Part shown: positions 17,049 through 27,416 of the stretch, in pieces
Numbering within the stretch: the stretch's first letter is position 1
Layout of the letters: the number at the start of each line of letters is the position of its first letter
The notes under the pieces: model-generated
Told to the model about the DNA's origin: nothing
Databases searched by the model: none
Seen by the model: the letters and a program-made list of their open reading frames with translations, nothing else
Translations under genes and position numbers: made by a program
Origin: Campylobacterota bacterium
Lineage (GTDB): Bacteria; Campylobacterota; Campylobacteria; Campylobacterales; Sulfurovaceae
Direction: 5' to 3'
NCBI GenBank assembly: GCA_034722955.1
Contig: JAYEOM010000134.1
Span: 1 to 29,485 of the forward strand
DNA: 29,485 nt

Positions 17049-17753
17049 CTATTTTATTTCAGCTAGCTCAGATAGATCGAGCGTTATAGATGGACTCATA
17101 GTTAGAGATATAGCTGCATTTGTTACATATCTACCTTTTGCAGATGCCGGTTTTGCCTTATTGATAGTCTCTATAAATTTGATAAAATTCTCTTTGATTT
17201 TTGAAATTTCAAAACTAGCTTTACCTATACCTGCGTGAATATTGCCTTTTTTATCTACTCTGAAGTTAACCTGTCCGCCTTTTGCATTCTCTATAGCTTT
17301 AGTAACATCCATTGTAACTGTACCTGTCTTAGGGTTTGGCATCAAACCTTTTGGTCCCAATATCCTAGCTACCTTGCCAAGTACACCCATCATATCAGGC
17401 GTAGAGATCACTGTATCAAAGTCAAGATTTCCTGCTTGGATCATTTCGATAAGCTCATCAGAACCTACTAGATCAGCACCGGCAGCTTTAGCCTCATCGA
17501 CCTTCTCTCCCTTTGCAAAAACTGCAACACGAACTTTTTTACCTGTTCCATTCGGAAGGACTACAGATCCTCTGACCATCTGATCTGCATGTCTTGGATC
17601 TACATTAAGATTTAGTGCCACTTCAACAGTCTCATCAAACTTTGCAGATTTGAGATCTGCTAGTGTAGTAAATGCTTCATCAACACTATATGATTTGCTG
17701 TTATCAATCTTTTCTAATAATTTTGCTGTTCTTTTAGTTATTTTTTTCGCCAT
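17049..17753 (-). CDS. rplA: 50S ribosomal protein L1
   Basis: [23 protein letters not shown]; true start ATG 17753 (MAKKITKR) after a GGAG RBS. Confidence 0.98.
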   Translation of the reverse strand: MAKKITKRTAKLLEKIDNSKSYSVDEAFTTLADLKSAKFDETVEVALNLNVDPRHADQMVRGSVVLPNGTGKKVRVAVFAKGEKVDEAKAAGADLVGSDELIEMIQAGNLDFDTVISTPDMMGVLGKVARILGPKGLMPNPKTGTVTMDVTKAIENAKGGQVNFRVDKKGNIHAGIGKASFEISKIKENFIKFIETINKAKPASAKGRYVTNAAISLTMSPSITLDLSELAEIK

Positions 17754-17809
17754 TGTTTTCTCCGCTAATTTGCTCCCACACTCTTTTGAATCTATGTGGT
17801 ATAAAAGAT

Positions 17810-18235
17810 TTAGTCCGTGATCTCTACACCCATACTTCGACATGAACCTGCAATAATTCTTGCTGCCATCTCCTTGTCATCAGTATTTAGATCTGAAATT
17901 TTCTGATCAATAATCTCATCAAGTTTAGCTTTGCTGATAGAGCCTACTTTAGTAGTGATAGGGTTATCTGTACCTTTTTTGATACCTGCTGCTTTCATGA
18001 TCAAGTCACTTGCCGGTGGTTGCTTTGTTTCAAAAGTAAAACTTCTGTCAGTGTATACTGTCACAATTACAGGGATCTTGAACCCCATCTTATCTTTTGT
18101 CGTCTCGTTAAATGCTTTACAAAATTCCATGATGTTTACACCACGCTGTCCCAATGCAGGGCCAACCGGAGGTGATGGATTTGCAGATCCGGCAGGGATC
18201 ATCATTTTGAATTTATCAGCGATTTTTTTTGCCAT
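17810..18235 (-). CDS. rplK: 50S ribosomal protein L11
   Basis: [26 protein letters not shown]. Confidence 0.99.
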   Translation of the reverse strand: MAKKIADKFKMMIPAGSANPSPPVGPALGQRGVNIMEFCKAFNETTKDKMGFKIPVIVTVYTDRSFTFETKQPPASDLIMKAAGIKKGTDNPITTKVGSISKAKLDEIIDQKISDLNTDDKEMAARIIAGSCRSMGVEITD

Positions 18236-18262
18236 CTTATTTCCTTTGTTTGATTTGTTGCG

Positions 18263-18793
18263 TTAGATAATCTTCTCTACTTGAGTGTAGAGTATCTCTA
18301 CTGGTGTATTACGACCAAAGATAGAGACATTTAGCTTGAGTTTCCCATGATCTAAGTCATACTCTTCAACCATACCTGTGAAGTTGGCAAATGGTCCATC
18401 AACTATACGAACCATCTCTCCATTCTCGAAGTCAACCTTTGGACGAGGAGCAGCTTTTCTCTCCATCTTTTCAAGGATCACTTTGATGTCAGCTTCAGTT
18501 AAAGCTGTAGGTGTTTTCTGTTCACCGATAAAGCGTGAGACTCTCGGCAGACTCTGGATCTTATGCCAAAGATCTGTATCCAATGCAATAGAAGCAAAAG
18601 CATAACCTGGATAGAGAGATCGTTCTGTGATCTTCTTCTCACCATTTTTTACCTCTATCACCTCTTCTGTAGGAACGACTATTCTATCAATCTTCTCTTC
18701 GATACCATAATCGATCGCAAGTTGCTCTATCGCTCTTTTGACCGACTGTTCACTGCCTGCATAAGTTTGGATTGCATACCATTGATAGGTCAT
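18263..18793 (-). CDS. nusG: Transcription factor NusG
   Basis: WYAIQTYAGSE, LYPGY, KOW motif GPFANFTG, IFGRNTPVE. Confidence 0.99.
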   Translation of the reverse strand: MTYQWYAIQTYAGSEQSVKRAIEQLAIDYGIEEKIDRIVVPTEEVIEVKNGEKKITERSLYPGYAFASIALDTDLWHKIQSLPRVSRFIGEQKTPTALTEADIKVILEKMERKAAPRPKVDFENGEMVRIVDGPFANFTGMVEEYDLDHGKLKLNVSIFGRNTPVEILYTQVEKII

Positions 18794-18801
18794 TATTTAT
18801 C

Positions 18802-18981
18802 CTATAAAAATAGTGAGATGGTGGATGACATAAAGAGATCAACCAGTGCTAAAAATATTGATATAACAGTCACTACGAGGATAACTGCCAAAAATGCTTG
18901 TCTTACTTGTACTTTAGTCGGAAATATAACTTTATGAATCTCTTCTCTAGCATGTGCTATAAATATTGAAAGTTTTCCCAT
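18802..18981 (-). CDS. secE: Preprotein translocase SecE (59 aa, not in the ORF track)
   Basis: MGKLSIFIAHAREEIHKVIFPTKVQVRQAFLAVILVVTVISIFLALVDLFMSSTISLFL*; lies between tRNA-Trp and nusG. Confidence 0.95.
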   Translation of the reverse strand: MGKLSIFIAHAREEIHKVIFPTKVQVRQAFLAVILVVTVISIFLALVDLFMSSTISLFL

Positions 18982-18999
18982 TGTTGTTTACCTTAATTG

Positions 19000-19075
19000 T
19001 GGCAGGCCAAGAGGGACTCGAACCCCCGGCACCTGGTTTTGGAGACCAGTGCTCTACCAACTGAGCTATTGGCCT
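19000..19075 (-). tRNA. tRNA-Trp(CCA)
   Basis: 76-nt cloverleaf, anticodon CCA, TTCGA T-loop, CCA end. Confidence 0.97.
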
Positions 19076-19139
19076 AAATATTATTTAGGTTGTTATTTGA
19101 GAAGTATCTCAAATAACGGTATCATCATAGAGGTGAAGC

Positions 19140-19292
19140 TTACAGTTTCATCTCTTTGTGAGCAGTATGAACTTTACACCATTTACAATACTTCTTTAGT
19201 GTAAGTTTACCTGTTGTTGTCTTCTTATTTTTTGTTGTGTGATAGTTGCGTCTAGTGCACTGTTCACATCCCAAATGTATAGTTTCTCTCAT
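19140..19292 (-). CDS. rpmG: 50S ribosomal protein L33 (Zn-binding form, 50 aa)
   Basis: MRETIHLGCEQCTRRNYHTTKNKK...KKYCKWCKVHTAHKEMKL*. Confidence 0.96.
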   Translation of the reverse strand: MRETIHLGCEQCTRRNYHTTKNKKTTTGKLTLKKYCKWCKVHTAHKEMKL

Positions 19293-19348
19293 AGTTTTCC
19301 TTAGTTTCGCGATAGATTGCCAGAGCAGAAGCTCTTAGCAATTTACAA

Positions 19349-20557
19349 TTATGCGATTACCTTACTAACAACACCGGCACCAACAGTTCTACCACCTTCA
19401 CGGATAGCAAATCTAGTACCCTCTTCAAGTGCAACTGGTGCGATAAGCTCTACATCAATCTTGACATTATCGCCTGGCATAACCATCTCAGTACCCTCTT
19501 GGAGTTGAACTGAACCTGTTACATCTGTTGTTCTTACATAAAACTGTGGTCTATAGTTGTTGAAGAATGGAGTGTGTCTACCACCCTCCTCTTTAGTCAA
19601 TACATAAACTTCAGCTTCAAACTTAGTGTGTGGCGTGATAGAGCCTGGCTTACAAAGAACCATACCTCTCTGTACAGCCTCTTTGTCGATACCACGGATA
19701 AGAACACCACAGTTGTCGCCAGCTTGACCACAATCCATCTCTTTACGGAACATCTCAACACCAGTTACTGTAGTAGTCTGAGTATCTTTGATACCTACGA
19801 TTTCAACAGTTTCACCTACACATACCGTACCTCTGTCTATCTTGCCGGTTACAACTGTACCACGACCCTGTATAGAGAAGATATCTTCGATAGGCATCAA
19901 GAACTCTTGATCAGTCTCTCTGACAGGCTCAGGGATATACTCATCTACTTGACTCATGAGTTCAATAATTTTTTCTGACCACTCACCAAGAGTACCAGAT
20001 TTGGCCTCTTCAAGTGCTTGGAATGCAGATCCGGCTATGATAGGAGTATCATCACCTGGGAACTCATACTCAGAGAGAAGCTCTCTTACTTCCATCTCTA
20101 CAAGCTCTAGCATCTCCTCTTTATCTTCTTCATCAAGCTGATCTTCTTTGTTTAAGAATACAACGATATATGGTACACCAACCTGGCGAGAAAGAAGGAT
20201 ATGCTCTCTAGTTTGTGCCATTGGTCCATCAGTAGCAGCGATAACAAGAATAGCACCATCCATTTGAGCAGCACCGGTAATCATGTTCTTAACATAGTCA
20301 GCGTGACCTGGACAATCTACATGAGCATAGTGACGACCTTCAGTTTCATACTCTACGTGTGATGTAGCGATTGTGATCCCTCTTTCTCTCTCTTCAGGAG
20401 CGTTATCAATCGCATCATAATCCATAAGAGCTGTATCATTTTTCGTTGCAAGTACAGCAGTGATCGCTGCTGTTAGCGTAGTTTTACCGTGGTCAACATG
20501 TCCGATTGTACCAATGTTAACATGTGGTTTGGTTCGTTCAAATTTTTCTTTAGCCAT
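19349..20557 (-). CDS. tuf: Elongation factor Tu
   Basis: [25 protein letters not shown]. Confidence 0.99.
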   Translation of the reverse strand: MAKEKFERTKPHVNIGTIGHVDHGKTTLTAAITAVLATKNDTALMDYDAIDNAPEERERGITIATSHVEYETEGRHYAHVDCPGHADYVKNMITGAAQMDGAILVIAATDGPMAQTREHILLSRQVGVPYIVVFLNKEDQLDEEDKEEMLELVEMEVRELLSEYEFPGDDTPIIAGSAFQALEEAKSGTLGEWSEKIIELMSQVDEYIPEPVRETDQEFLMPIEDIFSIQGRGTVVTGKIDRGTVCVGETVEIVGIKDTQTTTVTGVEMFRKEMDCGQAGDNCGVLIRGIDKEAVQRGMVLCKPGSITPHTKFEAEVYVLTKEEGGRHTPFFNNYRPQFYVRTTDVTGSVQLQEGTEMVMPGDNVKIDVELIAPVALEEGTRFAIREGGRTVGAGVVSKVIA

Positions 20558-20721
20558 TTGTGTTCTCCTAGCTTTATTTTAAATTATGGCTGATATTATA
20601 TCAGCTTTTTCTCAAGAGTTCTTGAGAGCATCTTCAGAATACTCTTTTTATGTACCCATTACCCTCGATATGGACAGAACTACTACCATATAAATATGTA
20701 GCACTTTTGTCCATATTTGAG

Positions 20722-20796
20722 TGGAGCCCAGAAGCGGAATTGAACCGCCGACCTCTTCCTTACCAAGGAAGTGCTCTGCCTCTGAGCTATCTGGGC
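20722..20796 (-). tRNA. tRNA-Thr(GGT)
   Basis: Cloverleaf, anticodon loop TTGGTAA, CCA end. Confidence 0.95.
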
Positions 20797-20900
20797 ATTA
20801 TCTATTTTATTATATTATTAATTTCAGGTTTGGAAAGCTTTTGAATGTGAAGTTTTTATCTTAAAGTATTAATGATAATTCACACAGCTCCCAGTATGTA

Positions 20901-20977
<77 letters not shown>

Positions 20978-21000
20978 ATCTTTATATTTATGATCTGACA

Positions 21001-21085
<85 letters not shown>

Positions 21086-21131
21086 TTAATGCTTTGATCG
21101 TATTACTGGTCAAACACTGATAATTATTTTA

Positions 21132-21208
21132 TGGAGCTGGTGAAGGGACTCGAACCCCCGACCTGCTGATTACAAATCAGCTGCTCTAGCCAGCTGAGCT
21201 ACACCAGC
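21132..21208 (-). tRNA. tRNA-Thr(TGT)
   Basis: Cloverleaf, anticodon loop TTTGTAA, CCA end. Confidence 0.96.
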
Positions 21209-21248
21209 ACCATCACATTTGAAGTCATTCAACTAAAAATGGAGTGCA

Positions 21249-21277
21249 ATTATAGGCAAAAAATTATAAAATGTCAA
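21249..21277 (-). promoter_or_regulatory. Consensus sigma70 promoter of the tRNA-tuf operon
   Basis: TTGACA-17 nt-TATAAT on the minus strand. Confidence 0.9.
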
Positions 21278-21492
21278 GGGTTATTGAAAATTTTTTGAAA
21301 ATTTTATATTTTTCTCTCTTTATAAATCGATGTATTATATTTGTGTGCCAAAAACATTCCACTATTTATTGCTAACTCTTCTACTTTAGCTATATGTTAG
21401 TCAATATTTTATAGAATATTCCTAATATCTCTTGTATAAGGTGGTTTCATTATGTTATATTTTTTCAAATCTCTCTTTTTTGCACTACTCAT

Positions 21493-21765
21493 TGTCCTGA
21501 CTTTGGGATTCCTGATGTGAGCAATATCCACGATAGATCATATGGTCAATATATCAATGATATGGAGGAGAGTCTACGCAACACTATCACACAGTTTGAG
21601 CCTAGATTGAGTGGAGTAGAGGTGAAGCATATCGAAGAGGATGGAGAGAAAACAGTCATGCACTTCAGGATAGAGGCAGAGCTGACTGAGCATAGTGAAA
21701 CTCCTGTTTTGTTCGAGACAGTCATCAATCCAAATGGCAAGATAGTTATCCAGAAGAGCTTATAG
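21493..21765 (+). pseudogene. tssE: T6SS baseplate TssE (gp25-like), 5'-truncated
   Basis: CPDFGIPDV...ITQFEPRLSGVEV motifs; N-terminal part missing, with no in-frame start before the stop at 21412; abuts tssF. Confidence 0.8.
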
Positions 21766-23505
21766 ATGAGTAACAAAGCATTCAAATACTATTTTCAAGA
21801 GGAGTTGAGCAAACTCCACAAGCTAGCAGGAGAGTTTAGCAGAGAGCATCCTGCTATCGCTCCACTCCTAGACGCTACTACAGCAGACCCCGATGCACAG
21901 CGACTTCTGGAGGGTGTGGCGTTTCTCACTGGTCTCCTCCAGCAGAAGCTAGACAAGGAGTTCCCCGAAGTCACCTATACCCTCTGCAACACACTCTTCC
22001 CTCACTATCTACGACCTATACCAGCACTCTCTATAGTAGAATTCACACCCAAGCCAAGTATGCGAGAGATGATAGATATCCCTGCAGGCACACAGCTCAA
22101 TGCCACACCTATAGATGGAGCTTCTTGTAGCTTCTCGACGAGTACTCCTCTAGAGATCTACCCTCTCCAGATCACACAGTCACAGCATCTGCTAGAGAGC
22201 TCCAAGAGGGGCAAACTAGAGCTGGATATAGAGATGCTCAACACCTCCCTCTCTACGCTCAAGATGCAGAAGCTCAGCTTCTATCTCAACGACAACTACA
22301 GCAACGCCTCCAATCTCTTCATGCTGCTAGAGCACTACTTAGAGTATATATCTATTCTACTGCCTGACAAGCAGAGCTTTAGAGTTGATAGAGAGTTACT
22401 CTCTTGTGATGGCTTCGATGAGGAGTGTTCGCTCTTTCCCTATCCATCGCAATCTTTTAGTGGATATAGAGTCCTCCAAGAGTACTTTGTCTTGCCTCAG
22501 AAGTTTCTCTTTTTTACTCTAAATGGACTTGAGAGACTCTACCAAAAGAGTAGTGCCAAGGAGTTCAAGATACTCTTTCACTTCAAGCCTACACCACTAG
22601 AGCTGATGCCACTCTCTCATAATGCTATCAAACTCTTCTGCTCGCCCGTGAGCAATATCTTTGATAGTCAAGCAGAGCCGATACTCCTCACCCACACAAA
22701 AGAGATGATGCTTATACGCCCCACACTCCGCTATAGCAAACAGCACAAAATCTATGATGTACAGCGAGTCTCTAGCTACACCCAGGGAGAGCATCAACCC
22801 AAGAGCTACTCTCCTTTTGAGTCTTTTGAGACTAGGCAAGAGGAGAAAAACATCTACCAAGTACATCGCAAACGCTCCATCGTCGATAACCAAGAGGAGA
22901 TCTATCTCCAGCTCCACTACAAAGAGCATCTCCCGCAAAAAAAAGAGGTACTCTCTATAGATATAGCTTGCACCAACGGTAGCTTGCCTGAGAGGCTCAA
23001 ACTCGGAGAGATATCACTCCATAGCGATAACTCCCCTGAACTCACTTCGTTCAAAAACATCATACCCTGCACGATGCAGATAGATGCAAATATTGATGAG
23101 CATACGCTATGGCAACTCATCTCTCATCTGAGTATCAACCTCATGACTCTAGCTGATATGGAGGCGTTTAAGCAGATGCTCACTCTCTATATGTTTCCAC
23201 ACAGTAGAGACAAGAGCAGAGTCGCAAGAAACAAAAAAAAGCTAGATGCTATAGGGAGTTTCTCCATAGAGAGTGTAGATAGAGTGAGTCGTGGCTATCT
23301 CCTCAAGGGGCATAGAGTTTTGATAGATATGAGACAAGACTACTTCGCTTCACTCGGTGATCTCTATCTATTTTGTACGATTATATTACGCTTTTTGGCT
23401 AGTTATACCTCTATCAATAGTTTTGTAGCTCTGGAGGTTAGAGAAGAGATTACAGGGGAGGTTTTGAGATGGAAGCCACTATTGGGCGACAAGAGATTGA
23501 TCTAA
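21766..23505 (+). CDS. tssF: T6SS baseplate TssF
   Basis: YFQEEL...DPDAQRLLEGVAFLT...FPHYLRPIP, GYRVLQEYFVLPQKFLFF, WQLISHLSIN, YTSINSF; 579 aa. Confidence 0.95.
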   Translation: MSNKAFKYYFQEELSKLHKLAGEFSREHPAIAPLLDATTADPDAQRLLEGVAFLTGLLQQKLDKEFPEVTYTLCNTLFPHYLRPIPALSIVEFTPKPSMREMIDIPAGTQLNATPIDGASCSFSTSTPLEIYPLQITQSQHLLESSKRGKLELDIEMLNTSLSTLKMQKLSFYLNDNYSNASNLFMLLEHYLEYISILLPDKQSFRVDRELLSCDGFDEECSLFPYPSQSFSGYRVLQEYFVLPQKFLFFTLNGLERLYQKSSAKEFKILFHFKPTPLELMPLSHNAIKLFCSPVSNIFDSQAEPILLTHTKEMMLIRPTLRYSKQHKIYDVQRVSSYTQGEHQPKSYSPFESFETRQEEKNIYQVHRKRSIVDNQEEIYLQLHYKEHLPQKKEVLSIDIACTNGSLPERLKLGEISLHSDNSPELTSFKNIIPCTMQIDANIDEHTLWQLISHLSINLMTLADMEAFKQMLTLYMFPHSRDKSRVARNKKKLDAIGSFSIESVDRVSRGYLLKGHRVLIDMRQDYFASLGDLYLFCTIILRFLASYTSINSFVALEVREEITGEVLRWKPLLGDKRLI

Positions 23506-24509
23506 AAGAGCAACTCCTCACACAGAGTTCTGAGTTTTCATTTGTGCAGGCATTGCGTCTCTTGCTACTACAGTATGACGATAAAGAGCAAGCCCTACGA
23601 GATGCTATCCGTGTACGCCCTCGCCTCTCTCTGGATTTTCCACATAGTGATATCATAGATATTGTGCAGAGGGGTGATATCTATCAACTGACTGTGACTT
23701 TCTTGGGACTCTACGGGGAGTCTTCGCCTCTGCCTACTTTTTACACAGAGACACTGCTCGAAGAGGAGGCTCGCGACACATCTGTCATGCGAGACTTTAT
23801 AGATATCTTCAATGGTCCTATCTATGAGAGCTACTTTAAGGTATGGCTCAAAAATAGATTGGGTGTTCGTTTTGACGAGTTTGGCGACCAATCAATCATA
23901 GAACTTTTTCATGTTTTTTCTGGTATGCCGACGAGAGAGCTGAGAGACAAACACAAAGTCTCATATGCACTACTCAAATATGCAGGACTCACACTCCACA
24001 ACTCCCACTCGGCTCTAGGACTCTCTATACTCATCAGAGATGTTGTCTCTTGGGAACAGGTGCATATAGTCCAGTGTGTAGAGCAGATGGTAGCTATACC
24101 CCAAGAGCAGTACTGCTTGCTCGGAGAGAGTAACTCTATACTTGATGAGACACTGCATCTAGGAGAGAAGATCAGAGACAGGATGGGGAAGTTTCGTATA
24201 GTGATAGAGGAGTTGGATGCCGATAGATTCAACCATCTCCTCCCAGGGGGTGAGCTCTTTGATACTCTGGTTCAAGCTATTGTCTTATACCTCAACGAGC
24301 CACTCGATTGGGATATCCAACTCATCTTGGCTAGAGATGCCTACCACACAGTGACACTGGGTAAAAAACCATTCGCTAGCTTGGGATACAACACTTGGCT
24401 AGGCGTAGAGGACAATAGAGAGGAGTACTCTATCATCTTGCATAGGGATTACTATAGAGGGGTGTATGATGATAAGGCTACACCAAATAGCGATTTGCCA
24501 TCAATATGA
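23469..24509 (+). CDS. tssG: T6SS baseplate TssG
   Basis: FSFVQALRLL, LSLDFPHSDI, TFLGLYGESSPLPTFYTE, LGYNTWLG; overlaps the tssF end. Confidence 0.93.
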   Translation: MEATIGRQEIDLKEQLLTQSSEFSFVQALRLLLLQYDDKEQALRDAIRVRPRLSLDFPHSDIIDIVQRGDIYQLTVTFLGLYGESSPLPTFYTETLLEEEARDTSVMRDFIDIFNGPIYESYFKVWLKNRLGVRFDEFGDQSIIELFHVFSGMPTRELRDKHKVSYALLKYAGLTLHNSHSALGLSILIRDVVSWEQVHIVQCVEQMVAIPQEQYCLLGESNSILDETLHLGEKIRDRMGKFRIVIEELDADRFNHLLPGGELFDTLVQAIVLYLNEPLDWDIQLILARDAYHTVTLGKKPFASLGYNTWLGVEDNREEYSIILHRDYYRGVYDDKATPNSDLPSI

Positions 24510-24545
24510 GGATAGTTTCGCTACAATAAAACCAAAGGAGAAGCC

Positions 24546-25094
24546 ATGGACGCTATAAAATATGATAATTTTCAGTACTTTACTTATGATGACTATGTGC
24601 AGTGGGAGGAGTCATGGGAGTTGATAGATGGGGTTGCCTATGCGATGTCTCCTGCTCCCTATCCCAAACACCAAAAAATTGTCTTTAGGGTAGGTAAAGA
24701 GCTAGACAAGAACCTCTCCTGTGCCACGAGTGAGTGCGAAGTCTATATCGCTCCTGTGGATTGGAAAGTGTCAGAAAATACAGTCGTGCAACCTGATGTA
24801 GCGATATTTTGCGAAGATACGCAGAGGCAATATTTTTCTAAAACTCCACTACTAGTCGTAGAGATACTCTCTCGCTCTACAGCACTCAAAGATGTCACAA
24901 GCAAATACAAACTCTATGAAAAAGAGGAAGTACCCTACTACATCATCATCGAGCCAAATAGTGAGACCAGTGATATCTTCCAACTCATAGATGGAGAGTA
25001 TATACTCATACAAAAAGCTACGAGAGAGGATAGCTATGCGTTTGAACTCTCCGATGACTGCAAGTCGGCTATAGACTTTTCGACGGTTTTTTAG
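24546..25094 (+). CDS. Uma2-family PD-(D/E)XK putative endonuclease
   Basis: WELIDGVAYAMSPAP...HQ, VVQPDV, PLLVVEILS...K..LY; RBS AAGGAG. Confidence 0.9.
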   Translation: MDAIKYDNFQYFTYDDYVQWEESWELIDGVAYAMSPAPYPKHQKIVFRVGKELDKNLSCATSECEVYIAPVDWKVSENTVVQPDVAIFCEDTQRQYFSKTPLLVVEILSRSTALKDVTSKYKLYEKEEVPYYIIIEPNSETSDIFQLIDGEYILIQKATREDSYAFELSDDCKSAIDFSTVF

Positions 25095-25174
25095 GGTTTA
25101 GTATCTCTTTTTTCTCCATAATAAGCCTTTTCTTTTTTAATCATCTCTTATTTAATTATATTTTTTATTACATC

Positions 25175-25351
25175 TTGCAAAAGCAAAAAGTTCCCATCAC
25201 TGTAAACTATGAGACCCTTGACCCTGAAGTGGCATTAAATGCAATCAAAGACAAGGAGCTCTCTATGCCTATTAGGTATATCCTCAAAATCAACTCCGCC
25301 TTTGGTGGACAAAACTCTGCATTGGTGGTAAAGAGATATAGTAGAAAAAAT
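25175..25351 (+). pseudogene. C-terminal fragment of a beta-ketoacyl-ACP synthase (FabF/FabB-like)
   Basis: VPITVNYETLDPE...LKINSAFGGQNSALVVKRY matches the KAS C-terminal signature (NSFGFGGxN-like); the rest of the gene is absent. Confidence 0.8.
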
Positions 25352-26068
25352 ATGAATAGAAAAGTAGTAATAACTGGTGCAAGCTCTGAGATGGGTCAAG
25401 CCATTATCAAAAAGGTAGCCAAAGCAGATGACCAACTCATTGTGCAAGGGTATCAAAATAGTGAGAATTTACGCTCACTTAAAAGCACTTATCCCCATTG
25501 CGAACTGCTCTCACTTGATTTTACAAAAAGTGAAGAGCTAGAGGAGTTTTGTAGTTATCTTGATGATGTCGATATCTTTATCAACCTATCAGCAGTAACG
25601 GTTACAGATATATTACCTGCTATCAAAGAGAGTTCTATAGATACGATGCTTAGTGTCAACATCCAAGCACTTATCCTCATAACCCAAAGTCTCATCCCCT
25701 CGATGGTAGCCAAAAGGGCAGGTATCATAGTCAACCTCTCCTCCATCGCAGCCTCTCGGGGCAATAGGGGGCAGTCGGTCTATGCAGGAACCAAAGGATT
25801 TGTAGAGTCCTTCTCTAGGTCAGTTGCTAGTGAGTATGGAGGCAAAGGGGTACGAATCAACTGCGTAGCCCCTGGTCCTATAGATGCAGGAAGCCTCAAA
25901 CCCCTCTACGCTCAAGCACCCAAAGAGCTTTTGCAGAGTATCGTATCACCTAAAATAGGGAGCGTTGAAGATGTCGCCAATATGATAGCGTTTTTATGTG
26001 GCAAAGAGTCAGAGTTTATCAATGGGCAAGTGTTGCATATAGATGGAGGGTTTTGTAAAGGTGTTTGA
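25352..26068 (+). CDS. FabG-like SDR (3-oxoacyl-ACP reductase)
   Basis: MNRKVVITGASSEMG Rossmann motif, NLSS, YAGTK catalytic motif, NCVAPG, GQVLHIDGG. Confidence 0.88.
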   Translation: MNRKVVITGASSEMGQAIIKKVAKADDQLIVQGYQNSENLRSLKSTYPHCELLSLDFTKSEELEEFCSYLDDVDIFINLSAVTVTDILPAIKESSIDTMLSVNIQALILITQSLIPSMVAKRAGIIVNLSSIAASRGNRGQSVYAGTKGFVESFSRSVASEYGGKGVRINCVAPGPIDAGSLKPLYAQAPKELLQSIVSPKIGSVEDVANMIAFLCGKESEFINGQVLHIDGGFCKGV

Positions 26069-26069
26069 T

Positions 26070-26633
26070 ATGTATGAGTCATTTAGAGAGTTATCACTGA
26101 GCCGTCATAGCACACGGGAGTTTAGCGAAACAAAAGTACCACAAGATAGGGTCGAGAAGATTTTGGAGTTAGCTGCCACTTCTCCCTATGCATCGGTCAA
26201 AAGCAACTGGGATATCAAGGTGATAGATGACCCTCAAATTATCAAAGAGATAGCAAGCAGGGTCAAAGAGTATACAGATGAACTCACACCCAAAATACGA
26301 GATGATTTTCGAGATGGGTTTATGGAGTATAGCAAAAGTTTCGTAGCTTTTGAAGATGCTCCGCTTATACTTATCCCCACTTTTAAAGTAAACTACTCAC
26401 TCTCACTGATGGTAGAGGATGAAGATATCAAGAACTGGGAAAGAGAGAGCTATGTCAAATCTATCTCCTGTCTGAGTATGATCATCCACCAAACTGCCCA
26501 CTCTTTGGGGTTGGGGAGTTGCTATATGACAGGTCCTGTGATTGCACAAGAGGCAATTAAACAAATTATCAAAGTAAAACCCAGACACGATATTGCAGCG
26601 ATTATACCTATTGGGTTCAAAAAGGAGAAATAG
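26070..26633 (+). CDS. Nitroreductase-family flavoprotein
   Basis: SRHSTREFS FMN motif, ATSP, AHSLGLGSCYMTG, IPIG; likely start ATG 26070. Confidence 0.88.
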   Translation: MYESFRELSLSRHSTREFSETKVPQDRVEKILELAATSPYASVKSNWDIKVIDDPQIIKEIASRVKEYTDELTPKIRDDFRDGFMEYSKSFVAFEDAPLILIPTFKVNYSLSLMVEDEDIKNWERESYVKSISCLSMIIHQTAHSLGLGSCYMTGPVIAQEAIKQIIKVKPRHDIAAIIPIGFKKEK

Positions 26634-26635
26634 AT

Positions 26636-27016
26636 ATGAGTGTATTAGAGAGATTACAAGAGTTACTGTTGCCTGTTTTTGGTTTGGATAGTATCGAAGA
26701 GGTACAACCTCAGTTTGCCCTAGTCAATGATTTGGGAGCAGATAGTATAGACTTTGTCGAGATAGTCTATCTCATAGAGAAGAACTTCAGCGTTTCACTC
26801 AAAACCGATGAGATGATACTCGGTGGTGTAGTCATCAGCTCTGATACGCTCTTTGAGAATGGGCTTTTGAGTGCCGAAGGTGTGGAGCATCTCAAAAGTG
26901 CATTTCCCGATAGAGCCGATGAGTTCCAAGCAGATACCAGCAAAGTAAATCTCTTTGCCAAGCTCACAATAGCTGATTTAGCACAAGTGATAGAGTATAA
27001 ACAAAATGAAATCTAA
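26636..27016 (+). CDS. Extended acyl carrier protein (126 aa)
   Basis: DLGADSIDFVEI phosphopantetheine site; ~45-aa insert before the terminal TIADL helix. Confidence 0.85.
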   Translation: MSVLERLQELLLPVFGLDSIEEVQPQFALVNDLGADSIDFVEIVYLIEKNFSVSLKTDEMILGGVVISSDTLFENGLLSAEGVEHLKSAFPDRADEFQADTSKVNLFAKLTIADLAQVIEYKQNEI

Positions 27017-27416
27017 AGTATTTGAAAACAAAACGGTGTTAGTCTCAGGTGGTACAGGATATATCGGCTCAGCTATCTGTAGAGAGTTCTATGAGCAAGG
27101 AGCGACGCTATACTTCACCTATCATAAGAACAGCGAAAAAGCAGATGAGCTCATCGCACAGATGCCCGATGCCAAGGCTCTACACTTAGACCTACGAGAT
27201 ACAGCCTCTATCAATACCACGATAGAGAAGCTCTACAAAGAGGGTGTCTCCATAGATATCTTGGTCAACAATGCGGCGATGAGTCAAGTGATGCCACTAC
27301 CGATGCTCGATGAGGAGGATGTCGATATGATACTCGATATCAACATCAAGAGTGTTATTTTCCTCACCAAAGCGGTGATGCGATTAAGGGGTCAGGTAAC
27401 AACTACAACTAATTAG
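27006..27416 (+). pseudogene. Second FabG-like SDR, truncated before the catalytic YxxxK
   Basis: VSGGTGYIG, DILVNNAA; similarity ends at ...LTKAVMR (~27383), where the palindrome begins. Confidence 0.85.

Noticed and set aside
17754..17843. 30-aa N-terminal extension of L1 in the ORF track
   Set aside because: Overlaps rplK; the ATG at 17753 has an RBS and gives a normal L1
24473..24491. TAA-GGCTACACCAAATAGC resembling an internally deleted MITE end at the tssG boundary
   Set aside because: Too short to distinguish from chance, and it lies within coding sequence
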